Source: Spirochaetia bacterium | GTDB taxonomy: Bacteria; Spirochaetota; Spirochaetia; DSM-27196; Salinispiraceae | Reading direction: 5' to 3' | DNA: 64,000 bases | Assembly: GCA_038204425.1 (NCBI GenBank) | Contig: JBBRCZ010000011.1 | Location: forward strand, 36,309-100,308 | In this document: in pieces, positions 30,001 to 39,405 of the stretch | How positions within the stretch are numbered: position 1 is the stretch's first letter | How the letters are laid out: the number at the start of each line of letters is the position of its first letter | Made by a program: the position numbers and the translations under genes | Notes under the pieces: model-generated | What the model saw: the letters and a program-made list of their open reading frames with translations, nothing else | Database searches by the model: none | Told to the model about the DNA's origin: nothing

Positions 30001-31487
30001 GTGGGCCAGATGCCATGAGTGTCGATGAAGTCCGCTCACTTTTGCGAGAAAAGGGCAAGAACCCAACGCTCTTGCGGATCGATGAGGTCTCTTCGCCGGG
30101 AAGTCTGCGCTTGCGAATCAGGAGTCTGATTGATAGTGTTCGCGAGCGTCCTGACGACTTTAGAGCCAGAGCCCAGACGCGCAGCACGACGCCTGTTTTT
30201 ACCGACCTTGATCGCACACGGACCATCATCGCACCCATGTTCAGTCCTTTTTATACTGAGTTTATTGTCTCAAGCTTTAAGAGTCAGGGCTACAAGATAG
30301 TAGTTTTGCCGATGTCCGACTGGCAGAGTGTTCAAAAGGGCTTGTCCTATACCAATCATGATATTTGTTATCCAGCAACCATAATCATCGGCGACATAAT
30401 TAAGGCACTGCAATCGGGGCAGTATGATCCGCAGCAAACAGCTGTCGCAATTACGCAAACGGGCGGGCAGTGCCGTGCCTCAAGTTACGTAAGTTTGCTC
30501 AAAAAAGCATTAGTTGCCGCTGGGCTTGGCCAAGTACCGGTAGTGACTCTCAGCACTGGCACTAGCGCGGGTAAACCGGGTGGGCTCAATCAACAGCCGG
30601 GGTTCAAAATGGGCCCCATAAAATTGGGTTTGGAGGCCTTCTTTGGCATTCTTTTTGCTGATGTACTCGCCAAGCTGTATTACGCTAGTTCGCTACGAGA
30701 AACGTTGCCCGGCAGTGCCTGGGAGCTAGTCGAAGCTTGGATTGCCAAGGCGGTGGCCCACATGGCCAAGAGGGGACCCTGGACAGTCTTGTCGCTCTTG
30801 CCTGACGTCTTAGCCAGTTTTGAGCAGGTACTAGAAAACCACAAGGTTTACCCAAAGGTTGGCATCGTTGGCGAGATTTTTGTTAAGTTTAATCCCTTTG
30901 CCAACAACTACTTGAGTGACTGGCTACGTGATCGCAAGCTTGAGCCTGATGTGCCACCATTGATTAACTTCTTTTTGCAAAAGCTTGTAACTGATGAGTT
31001 TAACAAAGAACATCATATAGAAAAACGGTCAACTCTTGCCGTCGCACTCTTGGGCTTAGGAGAAAAGGCCGTCAATCACTATCTCGAGCGCGTCAACCGA
31101 CATTTGTCGAGTTTTTCGCTGCCAATAACGCCCTTCCACACCATGCAAGACTTGGCCAATGGTGCGCAAAAAGTGCTAAGCCTAATAAACCAATATGGCG
31201 AGTCTTGGTTGATTGCCGGCGACATTGCAGGATTTAGCGAGTCTGGCACCAATCACGTTGTTTGCTTGCAACCTTTTGGCTGCATTGCTAACCACATCAT
31301 TGCAAAAGGCGTAGAAAAACGACTCAAGCAAACCTATCCACACTTATCAATCTTGTTTTTGGACATGGACGCTGGTTCGAGTGAGGTTAACCTTAGTAAT
31401 AGGCTGGAATTTTTGGCGCGCAGTGCTTGGCAAGACTTTGAGCGCAGTCAAACAGAGCAAGGAAGTACAAAAACGCACAAAGTTTGA
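27069..31487 (+). CDS. 2-hydroxyacyl-CoA dehydratase activator-type multidomain protein (two BadF/BcrA ATPase domains plus DUF2229-like)
   Basis: GIDIGSTT, DIGGED, CAGGTG, second GIDCGS/DIGGQD, SFGCGPD, QPFGC. Confidence 0.9.
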   Translation: MFSLGIDIGSTTAKVVLLDAYHDVLFSEYVRHNARILESLVPVLTRLFQERGNLKLRLSLTGTAGMGLAERAKLPFVQEVVAAGLVVQAIYPQVRTLIDIGGEDGKIILFDQASDGSGFLRPTIRMNGNCAGGTGSFIDQMAGLLGLDVSQLSDLAASSTQNYPMASRCGVFAKTDVQTLMSRSVPRADIVASVYRAVAFQTVSSLAHGADLHAKVLFAGGPLGFQAGLRQAFCEVLKIDPADTLLPPRPELVPAIGAALNNSGREMQLQELLSMLATSAGIKLKLTPSLSQLFESNEHFEAWMQEKASHQVARASLSSDNAAANRIFLGIDCGSRTSKLVLIDDQGRLLASFYRGNDGDPLQTVNDGLETISVQLEQSGLDAKVALKAAASTGYSEELLQHAFLLDYGIVETLAHFRAAREWDEQVSFILDIGGQDMKAIFVDHGVIQHMELNEACSSGTGSFIEGFALGLGVTLEDFALQACCAKEPRDLGTRCTVFMNSKVKQALREGAELGDISAGLAYSVVKNCFQKVLKIHDPRVIGQHIIAQGGTFKNPAVLRALELHVGSTVIRPDIAELMGAYGAALLARDRWIAGGQVGSSTFIGFDCLLQALPLVRKNLSCQGCENLCTVTRMDFEGGHHFYTGHKCNKVFNNTRSAPSGQSVSAARLSSAAPSAEPGDKAFDMLELKRRLLFDRALRPTSSDGKSLTPRARIGIPRVLNLYEDFPFWATLFVEAGFEVCLSSPSSLPQVEQGYSTVMSENICFPAKLANGHILELCQWGVDRIFFPMIRHDRQEFKDSLNSFNCPVVTGYPEVIRSAIDPERNFGIAFDAPAMSFKHPDLMKKACQDYLSGLGVDKKTSSRAWGKAEAAWHDYRKTLCQLGLEAREKAQKEGRLGILLLSRPYHVDALVNHKVPEMITSFGVDVYTDDIVDSDQRSNLPGVQVLTQWAFPNRFYDAALWAADQSQLEVVQLNSFGCGPDAMSVDEVRSLLREKGKNPTLLRIDEVSSPGSLRLRIRSLIDSVRERPDDFRARAQTRSTTPVFTDLDRTRTIIAPMFSPFYTEFIVSSFKSQGYKIVVLPMSDWQSVQKGLSYTNHDICYPATIIIGDIIKALQSGQYDPQQTAVAITQTGGQCRASSYVSLLKKALVAAGLGQVPVVTLSTGTSAGKPGGLNQQPGFKMGPIKLGLEAFFGILFADVLAKLYYASSLRETLPGSAWELVEAWIAKAVAHMAKRGPWTVLSLLPDVLASFEQVLENHKVYPKVGIVGEIFVKFNPFANNYLSDWLRDRKLEPDVPPLINFFLQKLVTDEFNKEHHIEKRSTLAVALLGLGEKAVNHYLERVNRHLSSFSLPITPFHTMQDLANGAQKVLSLINQYGESWLIAGDIAGFSESGTNHVVCLQPFGCIANHIIAKGVEKRLKQTYPHLSILFLDMDAGSSEVNLSNRLEFLARSAWQDFERSQTEQGSTKTHKV

Positions 31488-31518
31488 CTTGCCAACAACA
31501 AATGCCTACCTTCTGGGC

Positions 31519-32223
31519 ATGGTGACAAGTATAGTTCCACATTCCAACCGACTGATAGCTAGGTTGGCAGCAGAAGACCGCCTATCGTTAGATCTTTATC
31601 TGGAGCCGGTCTGTCTTGCTTTGGGTCAAGTCGTGCATGAGTCGGGCCAAGAACAGCATTGGGCGTACTTTCCTGGTACGGCCATTATTTCTCTCTTAAA
31701 CGTATTGCAAAGTGGCGCGTCGGCTGAGATCGCCGTTGTGGGCAATGAAGGTATGTTGGGTGTTGCATTGATTCTGGGCGACAGCAGTATGCCGAGCCGG
31801 GCGATTGTCCAGAGTGCCGGCCATGCTTGGCGAATATCGGCGCATAACCTTGAGCAATTATGTCTTCGTTGTGCTGGACTTCGCAAGCTACTTTTTAGCT
31901 ACACCTTGTCCTTAATGGCTCAGACGGCACAGACTGCCGTTTGTAACCGTCACCATTCGGTCGACCAGCAGCTGTGTCGTTGGTTGCTCTTGAGCCATGA
32001 TAGGCTGGCCGGCAACGAACTGGTTATGACTCAAGAACTGATTGCCGACATGCTGGGCGTGCGTCGCGAGGGGGTAACCAAGGCTGCCGGCAATCTGCAG
32101 CGCGATGGTTTGATTAGCTACCAACGCGGGCGCATCTGTATTCTCAATCGCACTGGCATAGAAGAGCGAGCTTGTGAATGTTATGGCTTGGTCAAAACAG
32201 AATCCACTAGATTGCTTGGCTGA
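31519..32223 (+). CDS. Crp/Fnr-family transcriptional regulator
   Basis: cNMP-like domain (VGNEGMLG), HTH MTQELIADMLGVRREGVT. Confidence 0.92.
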   Translation: MVTSIVPHSNRLIARLAAEDRLSLDLYLEPVCLALGQVVHESGQEQHWAYFPGTAIISLLNVLQSGASAEIAVVGNEGMLGVALILGDSSMPSRAIVQSAGHAWRISAHNLEQLCLRCAGLRKLLFSYTLSLMAQTAQTAVCNRHHSVDQQLCRWLLLSHDRLAGNELVMTQELIADMLGVRREGVTKAAGNLQRDGLISYQRGRICILNRTGIEERACECYGLVKTESTRLLG

Positions 32224-32226
32224 CTT

Positions 32227-32258
32227 AAAAAAAGCCGTCCCATTTGGGACGGCTTTTT
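32227..32258. terminator. Bidirectional intrinsic terminator
   Basis: AAAAAGCCGTCCCA-TT-TGGGACGGCTTTTT between convergent genes. Confidence 0.85.
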
Positions 32259-32280
32259 ATGTCTGACGCAGGTGAGGTGA

Positions 32281-32472
32281 CTACCTCGCCATGCGATAGT
32301 TCCAAAATCCATCGAGAATACCAAAAGCATTCAAGACAAAAATAATAGCCAAGACGATAACAACCACATTTATAAGGGTCTTAATTGGTCGACTCATTGG
32401 AATGTAGGTGTTGATAAGCCATAGGCCAACGCCTACAACAATCAGGATCACTAATAACTGGATAATTGGCAT
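32281..32472 (-). CDS. Small membrane protein (Thivi_2564-like)
   Basis: 63-aa two-TM protein, WLINTYIPM motif. Confidence 0.75.
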   Translation of the reverse strand: MPIIQLLVILIVVGVGLWLINTYIPMSRPIKTLINVVVIVLAIIFVLNAFGILDGFWNYRMAR

Positions 32473-32502
32473 AATTCATATTCCTTTTTGGGCTCGTGCC
32501 TG

Positions 32503-32676
32503 TTAGATCTTTTTGATGTCTTCTTTGAGGTCCCCGTAGGCAGCCTTTACAGTTCCGCCGGCTTTTTGAGCCTTGCCCTTGTTCTTCAATTTGTCGTTTT
32601 TGGTGACCTTGCCAGTTGCTTCTTTAACTGCACCGACAAGCTGATCTGCTCTTCCTTTAACTTGATCATTATTCAT
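32503..32676 (-). CDS. CsbD-family protein (57 aa, missing from the ORF track)
   Basis: MNNDQVKGRADQLVGAVKEATGKVTKNDKLKNKGKAQKAGG...; GGAGG RBS. Confidence 0.88.
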   Translation of the reverse strand: MNNDQVKGRADQLVGAVKEATGKVTKNDKLKNKGKAQKAGGTVKAAYGDLKEDIKKI

Positions 32677-32729
32677 AATGACCTCCTTACTTTCTTGAAT
32701 TAAAGTTACTGCTCTTGTCTATCTCGATC

Positions 32730-32745
32730 TGTACGCTGGCGCACA
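32730..32745. promoter_or_regulatory. Candidate Crp/Fnr-type operator
   Basis: Imperfect palindrome TGTACGCTGGCGCACA between csbD and the divergent gene. Confidence 0.45.
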
Positions 32746-32851
32746 TAGTAATTATATTTACTTTTGAAATAAAAATAAGTAAATTATATTAAATGTAACG
32801 ATAATCTACAGGCGCCTTTTAGGCCCGGTTTATGTTACCAAAGGAGTTTCT

Positions 32852-33004
32852 ATGTTATGGACAATTGCAGTAATACTGCTGGTTTTGTGGTTGTTGGGAA
32901 TGATAAGCGGCGTGACGCTGTCCGGTTTTATCCATTTTCTCTTGGTTGTAGCCGTTATCGTAGTCCTGATTAGAGTAATCAGGGGAAGCCGCAACGGTCG
33001 TTGA
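32852..33004 (+). CDS. lmo0937-like small membrane protein (50 aa, missing from the ORF track)
   Basis: MLWTIAVILLVLWLLGMISGVTLSGFIHFLLVVAVIVVLIRVIRG...; AAGGAG RBS. Confidence 0.85.
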   Translation: MLWTIAVILLVLWLLGMISGVTLSGFIHFLLVVAVIVVLIRVIRGSRNGR

Positions 33005-33005
33005 T

Positions 33006-33362
33006 ATGGTGATGTATGCCATCAAGTTTTTTATGCGAGGAGCCATTGGGCTCATTCGCAACCGATTAGAGCTGGTCTCATATGACCTCAAACAGTCAAG
33101 AATCAAGCTAGTATCTATACTCTTGATTGCCGCCTTTGTCTTTCTTTTTCTGATGCTGGGAATTATGCTTGGTGTTGCGCTTTTGATTGTAGCCATTGGC
33201 GAAGACAACCGCGTATTAGTATTGGCGGTGCTGACCGGAGCCTTTTTGTTACTTGGCGTGGTTCTAACCTTGGTCTTGAGCCACCAGTTGCGTAAGGGAC
33301 CACGTCTGTTTGAAGCTAGCTTGAGCGAACTAGAAAAAGACTTTCAGTATCTGTCTAAATAG
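33006..33362 (+). CDS. YqjE/holin-like membrane protein
   Basis: RLEL motif, two TMs, FEASLSELEKD; convergent with DUF883 gene. Confidence 0.75.
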   Translation: MVMYAIKFFMRGAIGLIRNRLELVSYDLKQSRIKLVSILLIAAFVFLFLMLGIMLGVALLIVAIGEDNRVLVLAVLTGAFLLLGVVLTLVLSHQLRKGPRLFEASLSELEKDFQYLSK

Positions 33363-33369
33363 CACCAAC

Positions 33370-33411
33370 AAAAAAAAGCCGTCCTAGAACTTGTTCTGGG
33401 GCGGCTTTTTT
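33370..33411. terminator. Bidirectional intrinsic terminator
   Basis: A-run GCCGTCCTAGAAC/GTTCTGGGGCGGC T-run. Confidence 0.8.
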
Positions 33412-33428
33412 ATTGGTATAAATTGTGT

Positions 33429-33740
33429 CTACTTACGGCCGATCAACCAACCAAGAAGCAATGCAACACCGGCCGTAGCGCCAATGATGGGCCAGGGATT
33501 TTCATGGACATAGGAGTCCACCTGCTCGGCCGCTTCCTTACCCTTTTCCATGGCAAACTGTTCAAAGTCCTCAATACGAGACTTGGCACTATTAAGATTG
33601 GACTCCACTTTGCTGCGAGCAGCCTGTAGCTTTTCTCCAGCCTGTCCTGCTGTAGCTTTGATTAAGTCTTCGGTATCTTGAACCAATCCGCGCAAGTCGG
33701 CTGATAGTTTGTCTCTCATTTTTTGTCCTTCATCTTTCAT
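33429..33740 (-). CDS. ElaB/YqjD/DUF883-family tail-anchored protein
   Basis: YVHENPWPIIG...LLGWLIGRK. Confidence 0.88.
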   Translation of the reverse strand: MKDEGQKMRDKLSADLRGLVQDTEDLIKATAGQAGEKLQAARSKVESNLNSAKSRIEDFEQFAMEKGKEAAEQVDSYVHENPWPIIGATAGVALLLGWLIGRK

Positions 33741-33837
33741 GGAATTTTCCTTTTTGTGGAACATAGTCAAAAAAAAAGGTTCCGCCGCACTTGACATACT
33801 TTAGGCATGTCTCGTGCAGCGGTCCCGGGGTGCAGTC

Positions 33838-34479
33838 TTAGAAGCTTACGCCTACAGTTAGGCCAAGGTCAAGTTTGTAGCCAGAATAGTTAAAGCCAGA
33901 AACAACTACTGAAGGTTGATTGGTAAGGTTGTAGCCAAAGTTAAGTGCTGGTCTAAAGAAGACGTTGTCACTCACGTAAAGGTCAGCGCCTACGCCAATA
34001 TTTAAGTAAAGATTGTCAAGCTCGGCCTTTTGAGCATCCGTCATAAGGTCTTTACCAGTTGCTGCTACGTTGATGTCATAGCCCAATCCAATACTTGGGA
34101 AAATGATAAGTCCTTCAGTAATTTGGATTGGAAGCTTGGCAGCGACTGCCAATTCTATAAAGCTATAACCGCTGTCTACGGCGGTGCTACCAGTAGTAAC
34201 AAAGGGTGAAACTGTAGAGAAGTTGTAGACACCTTGGGTTAATTGTGTGGCGTATTTAGCACTCAATAGTACATAGCTTGCGTCAACAAAGACACCAAAG
34301 TTCAACAGACCAATGTCGGTACTGTTGGTACCAGTAACGGTGCCCAATAGCAAATCATAGTTGTTGTTGCTGTTTTGTACTTCATAGCCTGCGCCAGCGC
34401 CCACAGAAACTTTGAAGTCTTGTGCAAACAGTGCGCTAACAAGCAACAGAAGCACGAGAATCATGGATAATTTTTTCAT
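33838..34479 (-). CDS. Outer-membrane beta-barrel protein
   Basis: Signal peptide, amphipathic strands, C-terminal Phe. Confidence 0.75.
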   Translation of the reverse strand: MKKLSMILVLLLLVSALFAQDFKVSVGAGAGYEVQNSNNNYDLLLGTVTGTNSTDIGLLNFGVFVDASYVLLSAKYATQLTQGVYNFSTVSPFVTTGSTAVDSGYSFIELAVAAKLPIQITEGLIIFPSIGLGYDINVAATGKDLMTDAQKAELDNLYLNIGVGADLYVSDNVFFRPALNFGYNLTNQPSVVVSGFNYSGYKLDLGLTVGVSF

Positions 34480-34596
34480 TTTGAAACTCCTCAATCGAAT
34501 AGATAGGCCATACGACCTATCAATAAGATCATCAAAAATTATAAAAAAGTATACATAATTATTATTTATATGAAAAACTCTAAAAGTATTAAAAAC

Positions 34597-35172
34597 TCAG
34601 TAATTGCAATCTCTTAACTCAAAGTAGTTCTGTGGATGCTGACAAGCGGGGCATTTGTTGGGAGCAGATTTTCCTTGGTGGATGTAGCCGCAGTTTCTGC
34701 ACTTCCAAATTACAATGCCGTCTTTCTCATAAACTTTACCAGAGTTTAAGTTGTTCCAAAGCGTTAGGTATCGTTCTTCGTGTGCTTTTTCTACTCGGGC
34801 GATCATGGCAAAGGTATTGGCCACATCGGTAAAGCCCTCTTGTTTTGCAATTTCGGCAAAGCTTGGATAGAGATCAGTCCATTCTTCGTGCTCGCCATCT
34901 GCAGCGGCCTTTAGATTGTCGAGCGTGCTTGCTACGGTTCCTGCAGGGTAAGTGGCCGTGATGCTAACCATGCCACCTTCCAAAAAGCTAAAAAAGCGTT
35001 TGGCATGTTCTTTTTCGTTGTCAGCTGTTTCGGTAAACAAGGCTGCAATTTGTTCTAGCCCATCTTTTTGTGCCACGCTTGCGTAGTAGGTGTAACGATT
35101 GCGAGCCTGTGATTCACCGGCAAATGCCTTGAGCAGATTTTGTTCTGTTTGGGTTCCTTTGATCGAAGCCAT
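34597..35172 (-). CDS. rbr: Rubrerythrin
   Basis: [25 protein letters not shown]...CPAC; GGAGG RBS before ATG35172. Confidence 0.95.
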   Translation of the reverse strand: MASIKGTQTEQNLLKAFAGESQARNRYTYYASVAQKDGLEQIAALFTETADNEKEHAKRFFSFLEGGMVSITATYPAGTVASTLDNLKAAADGEHEEWTDLYPSFAEIAKQEGFTDVANTFAMIARVEKAHEERYLTLWNNLNSGKVYEKDGIVIWKCRNCGYIHQGKSAPNKCPACQHPQNYFELRDCNY

Positions 35173-35385
35173 AATAGTAGATCCTCCTGTGAAAACGAAA
35201 CATGGATGGTAGTGATTGTTAATATTATAAGCCCCAATCGTTTTTGTTTCCACAGTAAAGCGTTCTAATTTATTATAGCGTAATACATTATAAAAATTGT
35301 CAGCTATTGGATAGCCGTGACCGGGCCTGGCCAGTCGCAGGTTTGCCTGCCTGGACCCAAGAGCCAGCACGTGCTGGTAATTTGA

Positions 35386-37530
35386 CTATTTCTTCATCGA
35401 TAAGGAAATACGTCTGCGCGCAAGGTCAACATCTTTTACCAGAACATCCACCTTTTGGGTAACTTTAACTAGCTCGTGAATATTGCTAACATAGGTATTT
35501 GACAGTTCAGAAATATGAACCAAGCCGTCTTGATGAACACCAATATCCACAAAGGCACCAAAAGCAGCCACGTTGGTAACCACGCCCTTGAGCTGCATGC
35601 CGACCTGCAAGTCCTCGATACTATTGATGCCATCACTAAACTCACTCAGTTCAAAGGCGCTGCGAGGATCTCGCCCGGGTTTGCCCAACTCTTTGCAAAT
35701 GTCCGTTAAGGTAGGAAGTCCAACACTATCACTTACATAGCGCTTAGTATCGATGTGCGCCAAGACATCTTCTTTGCCCACTAAGTCGGTGAGCGTGGTG
35801 CCGAGGTCTTGGCAAATCTGGCTGACCAAATCATAGCGTTCGGGATGCACGGCACTAGTATCCAAGGGATTGACTGCGTTGGCAATGCGCAAAAAACCGG
35901 CCGCTTGTTCAAAGGTCTTGTCACCCAAACCTGGCACTGTTTTGAGTTCTGCGCGCGAGCCAAACGGGCCTTTCTTTTGCACACGTTCGACTATTTTTTG
36001 GGCTGTCTTGCTGTTGATGCCAGAGACGTACGATAAGAGTTCTGGGCTGGCAGTGTTAACTTCTACGCCAACTGCGTTAACGCACAAGCGCACGGTGTCG
36101 TCCAAGGTTTGTTTCAAAAGCTTTTGGTCAACGTCGTGTTGGTACTGACCTACGCCAATTGATTTGGGGTCGAGCTTAACCAGTTCACTCAAGGGGTCAA
36201 GCAAGCGCCTGCCGATAGAAACTGCTCCGCGTACGGTCAGGTCGTAGTCAGGAAATTCTTTGCGAGCGCATTCCGAGGCCGAATAAATAGATGCGCCGCT
36301 CTCGTTGACCATAACTATGCCCAGTGGGTGTTCAAAATCAATAGTGCGCAAAAAAGCTTCGCATTCTCGGCCGCCGGTGCCGTTGCCAATCGCAACTAAT
36401 TGGGTCTTGTGCCGTAAGCAGATCTGCTGCAGCAGCTTTTGAGCCTCGTCTGTTTTTTTGTGAGGTTCCAAAGGGTATATGACATGGTGTTCCAAAAGGT
36501 GGCCTTCGGCACTCAGAACTACCACTTTGCAGCCGGTTCGCAGTCCAGGGTCGAGAGCCACCAAACGTTTGGCTCCAGCAGGCGCGGCGAGTAGAAGTTC
36601 TCTGAGGTTGTTGGCAAAAATGGCAATAGAGTCGCTGTCTGCCTTTTCCTTGAGCTGACCAAGGCGTTCGTTTTCTAGACTTGGCGCTATCAAGCGCTGG
36701 TAGCTATCGTTTAGTGCCAGTTCTACTTGAGCGCCAGCTTTGTTTTTGGCTTTGAGCCAAAGCGAGCGAAGACTCGCCACTGCAAGTTCCTCATCAGGCA
36801 AAACGTGAAGGGTCACAAAACCTTCTTCGTTAGCTCGTAACATGGCCAAAAGACGGTGGGCGGGCGTCTTGTGGGCAGGTTCACAAACGTCAAAGTAGTC
36901 ACGGTATTTGAGCGCCAGTTCTTCTTTCTTTTTTACCAGTTTGCTGCGTAAGAGCGCCTTGTCGGTAAAGATCTGCCGCAGACTCTGGCGAGTTTTGGCG
37001 TGTTCGCTAAAGGTTTCTGCCAAAATGTCACGCGCCCCCTGTAAAGCGTCGAGGGTCGTTTCTACACCTAGTTGGAGATTAACAAAGTCTTGGGCAGTCA
37101 GCAAAGGATCACGACCATCTTGCTTGAGCAGTTCATCGGCCAGACCCTGTAGCCCCTTTTTGCGAGCGCTACTGGCGCGGGTTTGTTTTTTGGTTTTGTA
37201 AGGAAGATAGAGATCTTCTAGCTCGCTCATAGTCTTACAAGCAGCAATGGCTGCCAAGATCTCGGGGCTCATTTTGTCTTGTTTGCCAATAGACTCAATC
37301 ACAAACTCTTTGCGTTTATGCAGACTCAAAGCCTTATCGTAACTGTCTCGGATGGCGATAATTTGCACCTCGTCTAGGCCGCCGGTCATTTCTTTACGAT
37401 AGCGAGCAATAAAAGGGACGGTCGCATCATCGGCAAGTAAAGCGAGTGTGTTTTTAATGCCGCTTAAGCTAATGCCAAGTTGGTGTTGAAGTTGGACAAG
37501 GTCAATGCTGTCAAGACTCGTAGTTTGCAT
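35386..37530 (-). CDS. tex: Tex-family RNA-binding transcriptional accessory protein
   Basis: TVPFIARYRKE, DPGLRTGCK, SIGVGQYQHDV, C-terminal S1 domain. Confidence 0.95.
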   Translation of the reverse strand: MQTTSLDSIDLVQLQHQLGISLSGIKNTLALLADDATVPFIARYRKEMTGGLDEVQIIAIRDSYDKALSLHKRKEFVIESIGKQDKMSPEILAAIAACKTMSELEDLYLPYKTKKQTRASSARKKGLQGLADELLKQDGRDPLLTAQDFVNLQLGVETTLDALQGARDILAETFSEHAKTRQSLRQIFTDKALLRSKLVKKKEELALKYRDYFDVCEPAHKTPAHRLLAMLRANEEGFVTLHVLPDEELAVASLRSLWLKAKNKAGAQVELALNDSYQRLIAPSLENERLGQLKEKADSDSIAIFANNLRELLLAAPAGAKRLVALDPGLRTGCKVVVLSAEGHLLEHHVIYPLEPHKKTDEAQKLLQQICLRHKTQLVAIGNGTGGRECEAFLRTIDFEHPLGIVMVNESGASIYSASECARKEFPDYDLTVRGAVSIGRRLLDPLSELVKLDPKSIGVGQYQHDVDQKLLKQTLDDTVRLCVNAVGVEVNTASPELLSYVSGINSKTAQKIVERVQKKGPFGSRAELKTVPGLGDKTFEQAAGFLRIANAVNPLDTSAVHPERYDLVSQICQDLGTTLTDLVGKEDVLAHIDTKRYVSDSVGLPTLTDICKELGKPGRDPRSAFELSEFSDGINSIEDLQVGMQLKGVVTNVAAFGAFVDIGVHQDGLVHISELSNTYVSNIHELVKVTQKVDVLVKDVDLARRRISLSMKK

Positions 37531-37577
37531 ACCTGCAGACTACCAGATGCCTACAAGTCAAGCAATCGCTAAAGCAA

Positions 37578-38288
37578 TTACACAAGCAGTAACATGAGAG
37601 GCATTTCTATCAACAGAAAGTGAGCGCTTTGGTCAGTTTTGAGGGTTAACGTCTCTTGGTCTGCCATGAGCGCATCGCGGCTGCGTAAGAGTTGTCCATT
37701 GACAGAGAGTTCGCCTTCAATATTTACGAGGTAAACCTGGCGATCAGTCGCGATTTCAAAATTGAGCACGTGCCCTGCTTCGAGAAAGCTTGCAAAAATC
37801 TCCACATCTTGGTTGATCTTGATTGGCGCTGAGCCGGCTTTAGAACTAACCAATCGCAAGAAATTATTGACGCGATCATTCCAAGCAAAGCAATGGTCGC
37901 CATAAGCCGGTTTGTGTCCTGTTTTGTCAGGAACAATCCAGATCTGCAAAAAACGCGCCAGATTGGGGCTATAGTTGTGTTCTGCGTGTTTAACGCCTGT
38001 CCCAGCGCTTAAGTATTGAACTTGACCACGTCTGAGCGTTTCTTCATGGCCCATGCTGTCGGCATGAGTGAGTTCGCCGTCAACAACGTAGGAGATAATT
38101 TCCATGTCGCGGTGGCCATGAGTGTCAAAACCTGTGCCGGGCTGTATCAAGTCATCATTAAGGACACGAAGTACGCCATAGTTGCTTTTTGATTGATCAT
38201 TGTAGTCCGCAAAGTTAAAGTGAAATAGTGACTTGAGCCATCCATGGTCAGCATGACCAAAGTCCTCATGAAGCAATATTGTTATCAT
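37578..38288 (-). CDS. Pirin-family protein
   Basis: GFDTHGHRDMEIISYV, HADSMG, FLQIWI. Confidence 0.92.
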   Translation of the reverse strand: MITILLHEDFGHADHGWLKSLFHFNFADYNDQSKSNYGVLRVLNDDLIQPGTGFDTHGHRDMEIISYVVDGELTHADSMGHEETLRRGQVQYLSAGTGVKHAEHNYSPNLARFLQIWIVPDKTGHKPAYGDHCFAWNDRVNNFLRLVSSKAGSAPIKINQDVEIFASFLEAGHVLNFEIATDRQVYLVNIEGELSVNGQLLRSRDALMADQETLTLKTDQSAHFLLIEMPLMLLLV

Positions 38289-38439
38289 TTTGTTAAGGTA
38301 CTGACAGAACGGCCGCAGGGCAAACTTGTAAAGCAATTAGACGCATCTTGAGCCATCCGTACTTGCCATTCAACCCAAAAAATCGCTATTTTTCTTGGGT
38401 ATCTGAAACCTCTGGTCAAAAAGTGAGTTTTTAAGCTAT

Positions 38440-39405
38440 ATGAACGATGAAACACTTCAATCTGCCAACGCCGCTTTGGCACGTATTCGTGACGAAATTT
38501 CCAAGGTTCTAGTCGGTCAACATCAACTTGTTGAGGCGCTGAGTTTGGCACTCATGTGTGGACAACATGTGCTCATAGAAGGTGTCCCGGGGGTTGCAAA
38601 AACCTTGGCGGTACGCAGTTTGGGCCAACTCTTGGGTCTAGATTTTGCGCGCATTCAGTTTACTCCCGACCTCTTGCCTTCCGACTTGGTAGGGACGCAG
38701 ATCTACCATCCCCAAAGTGGCGACTTTAAGGTCAAGCAGGGCCCGGTTTTTGCCAACTTAATTCTTGCTGACGAGATCAATCGTGCTCCTGCCAAGGTTC
38801 AGTCAGCTTTGCTTGAGTCGATGGAAGAACGGCAGGTAACCCTTGGCGACCAAAGTTACCCCTTGCCTAAGCCGTTTATGGTTCTTGCTACCCAGAACCC
38901 GATTGAACAAGAAGGCACCTACCCACTGCCTGAGGCCCAGCTTGACCGTTTTATGTTTAAACTTTCAGTTGTCTATCCCGGGCGAGACGAGGAGCTGGCT
39001 GTTCTGAGGCTAAAAAAGCAGGCCGCCGTGACGCTCTCGCAGGTCTTGAGCCGCGAAGATTTGTTGGCTTTGTCTGATGCGGTAAGTAAGGTCTATATTG
39101 AACCGCTTTTGGAAGAATATATCGTCGATATCGTGCGCGCAACGCGTCATCCCCGAGATTATGGGCTTGACTTGGATGAGGTAATTCGTTGGGGTGCGGG
39201 ACCGCGTGCCGTGGTGTTCTTTCTGCAAGCCTCTCAGGCACGGGCCGTACTTAAGAATCGTAGTTTTGTAATGCCTGAAGACATCCAAGAGCTCGCACCG
39301 TGGATTTTGCGCCACCGCATCTTGTTGTCATATGAAGCTTTGGCCGATGGGCGAAGTCCAGATGACGTTATCGAAACTATTTTGGCAGGAATCAAAGCAC
39401 CATGA
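38440..39405 (+). CDS. moxR: MoxR-family AAA+ ATPase (Bat cluster)
   Basis: GVPGVAKT, RIQFTPDLLPSD, DEINRAPAKVQSALL, LPEAQLDRF. Confidence 0.95.
   Translation: MNDETLQSANAALARIRDEISKVLVGQHQLVEALSLALMCGQHVLIEGVPGVAKTLAVRSLGQLLGLDFARIQFTPDLLPSDLVGTQIYHPQSGDFKVKQGPVFANLILADEINRAPAKVQSALLESMEERQVTLGDQSYPLPKPFMVLATQNPIEQEGTYPLPEAQLDRFMFKLSVVYPGRDEELAVLRLKKQAAVTLSQVLSREDLLALSDAVSKVYIEPLLEEYIVDIVRATRHPRDYGLDLDEVIRWGAGPRAVVFFLQASQARAVLKNRSFVMPEDIQELAPWILRHRILLSYEALADGRSPDDVIETILAGIKAP

Noticed and set aside
35295..35380. GC-rich hairpins between tex and rbr as possible SRP RNA
   Set aside because: Lacks the CAGG..GGAA..AGCA core; probably a terminator or stability hairpin.
38318..38346. GGGCAAAC...GACGCA resembling a c-di-GMP-I riboswitch
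   Set aside because: No GAAA tetraloop stem and the second hairpin is missing.
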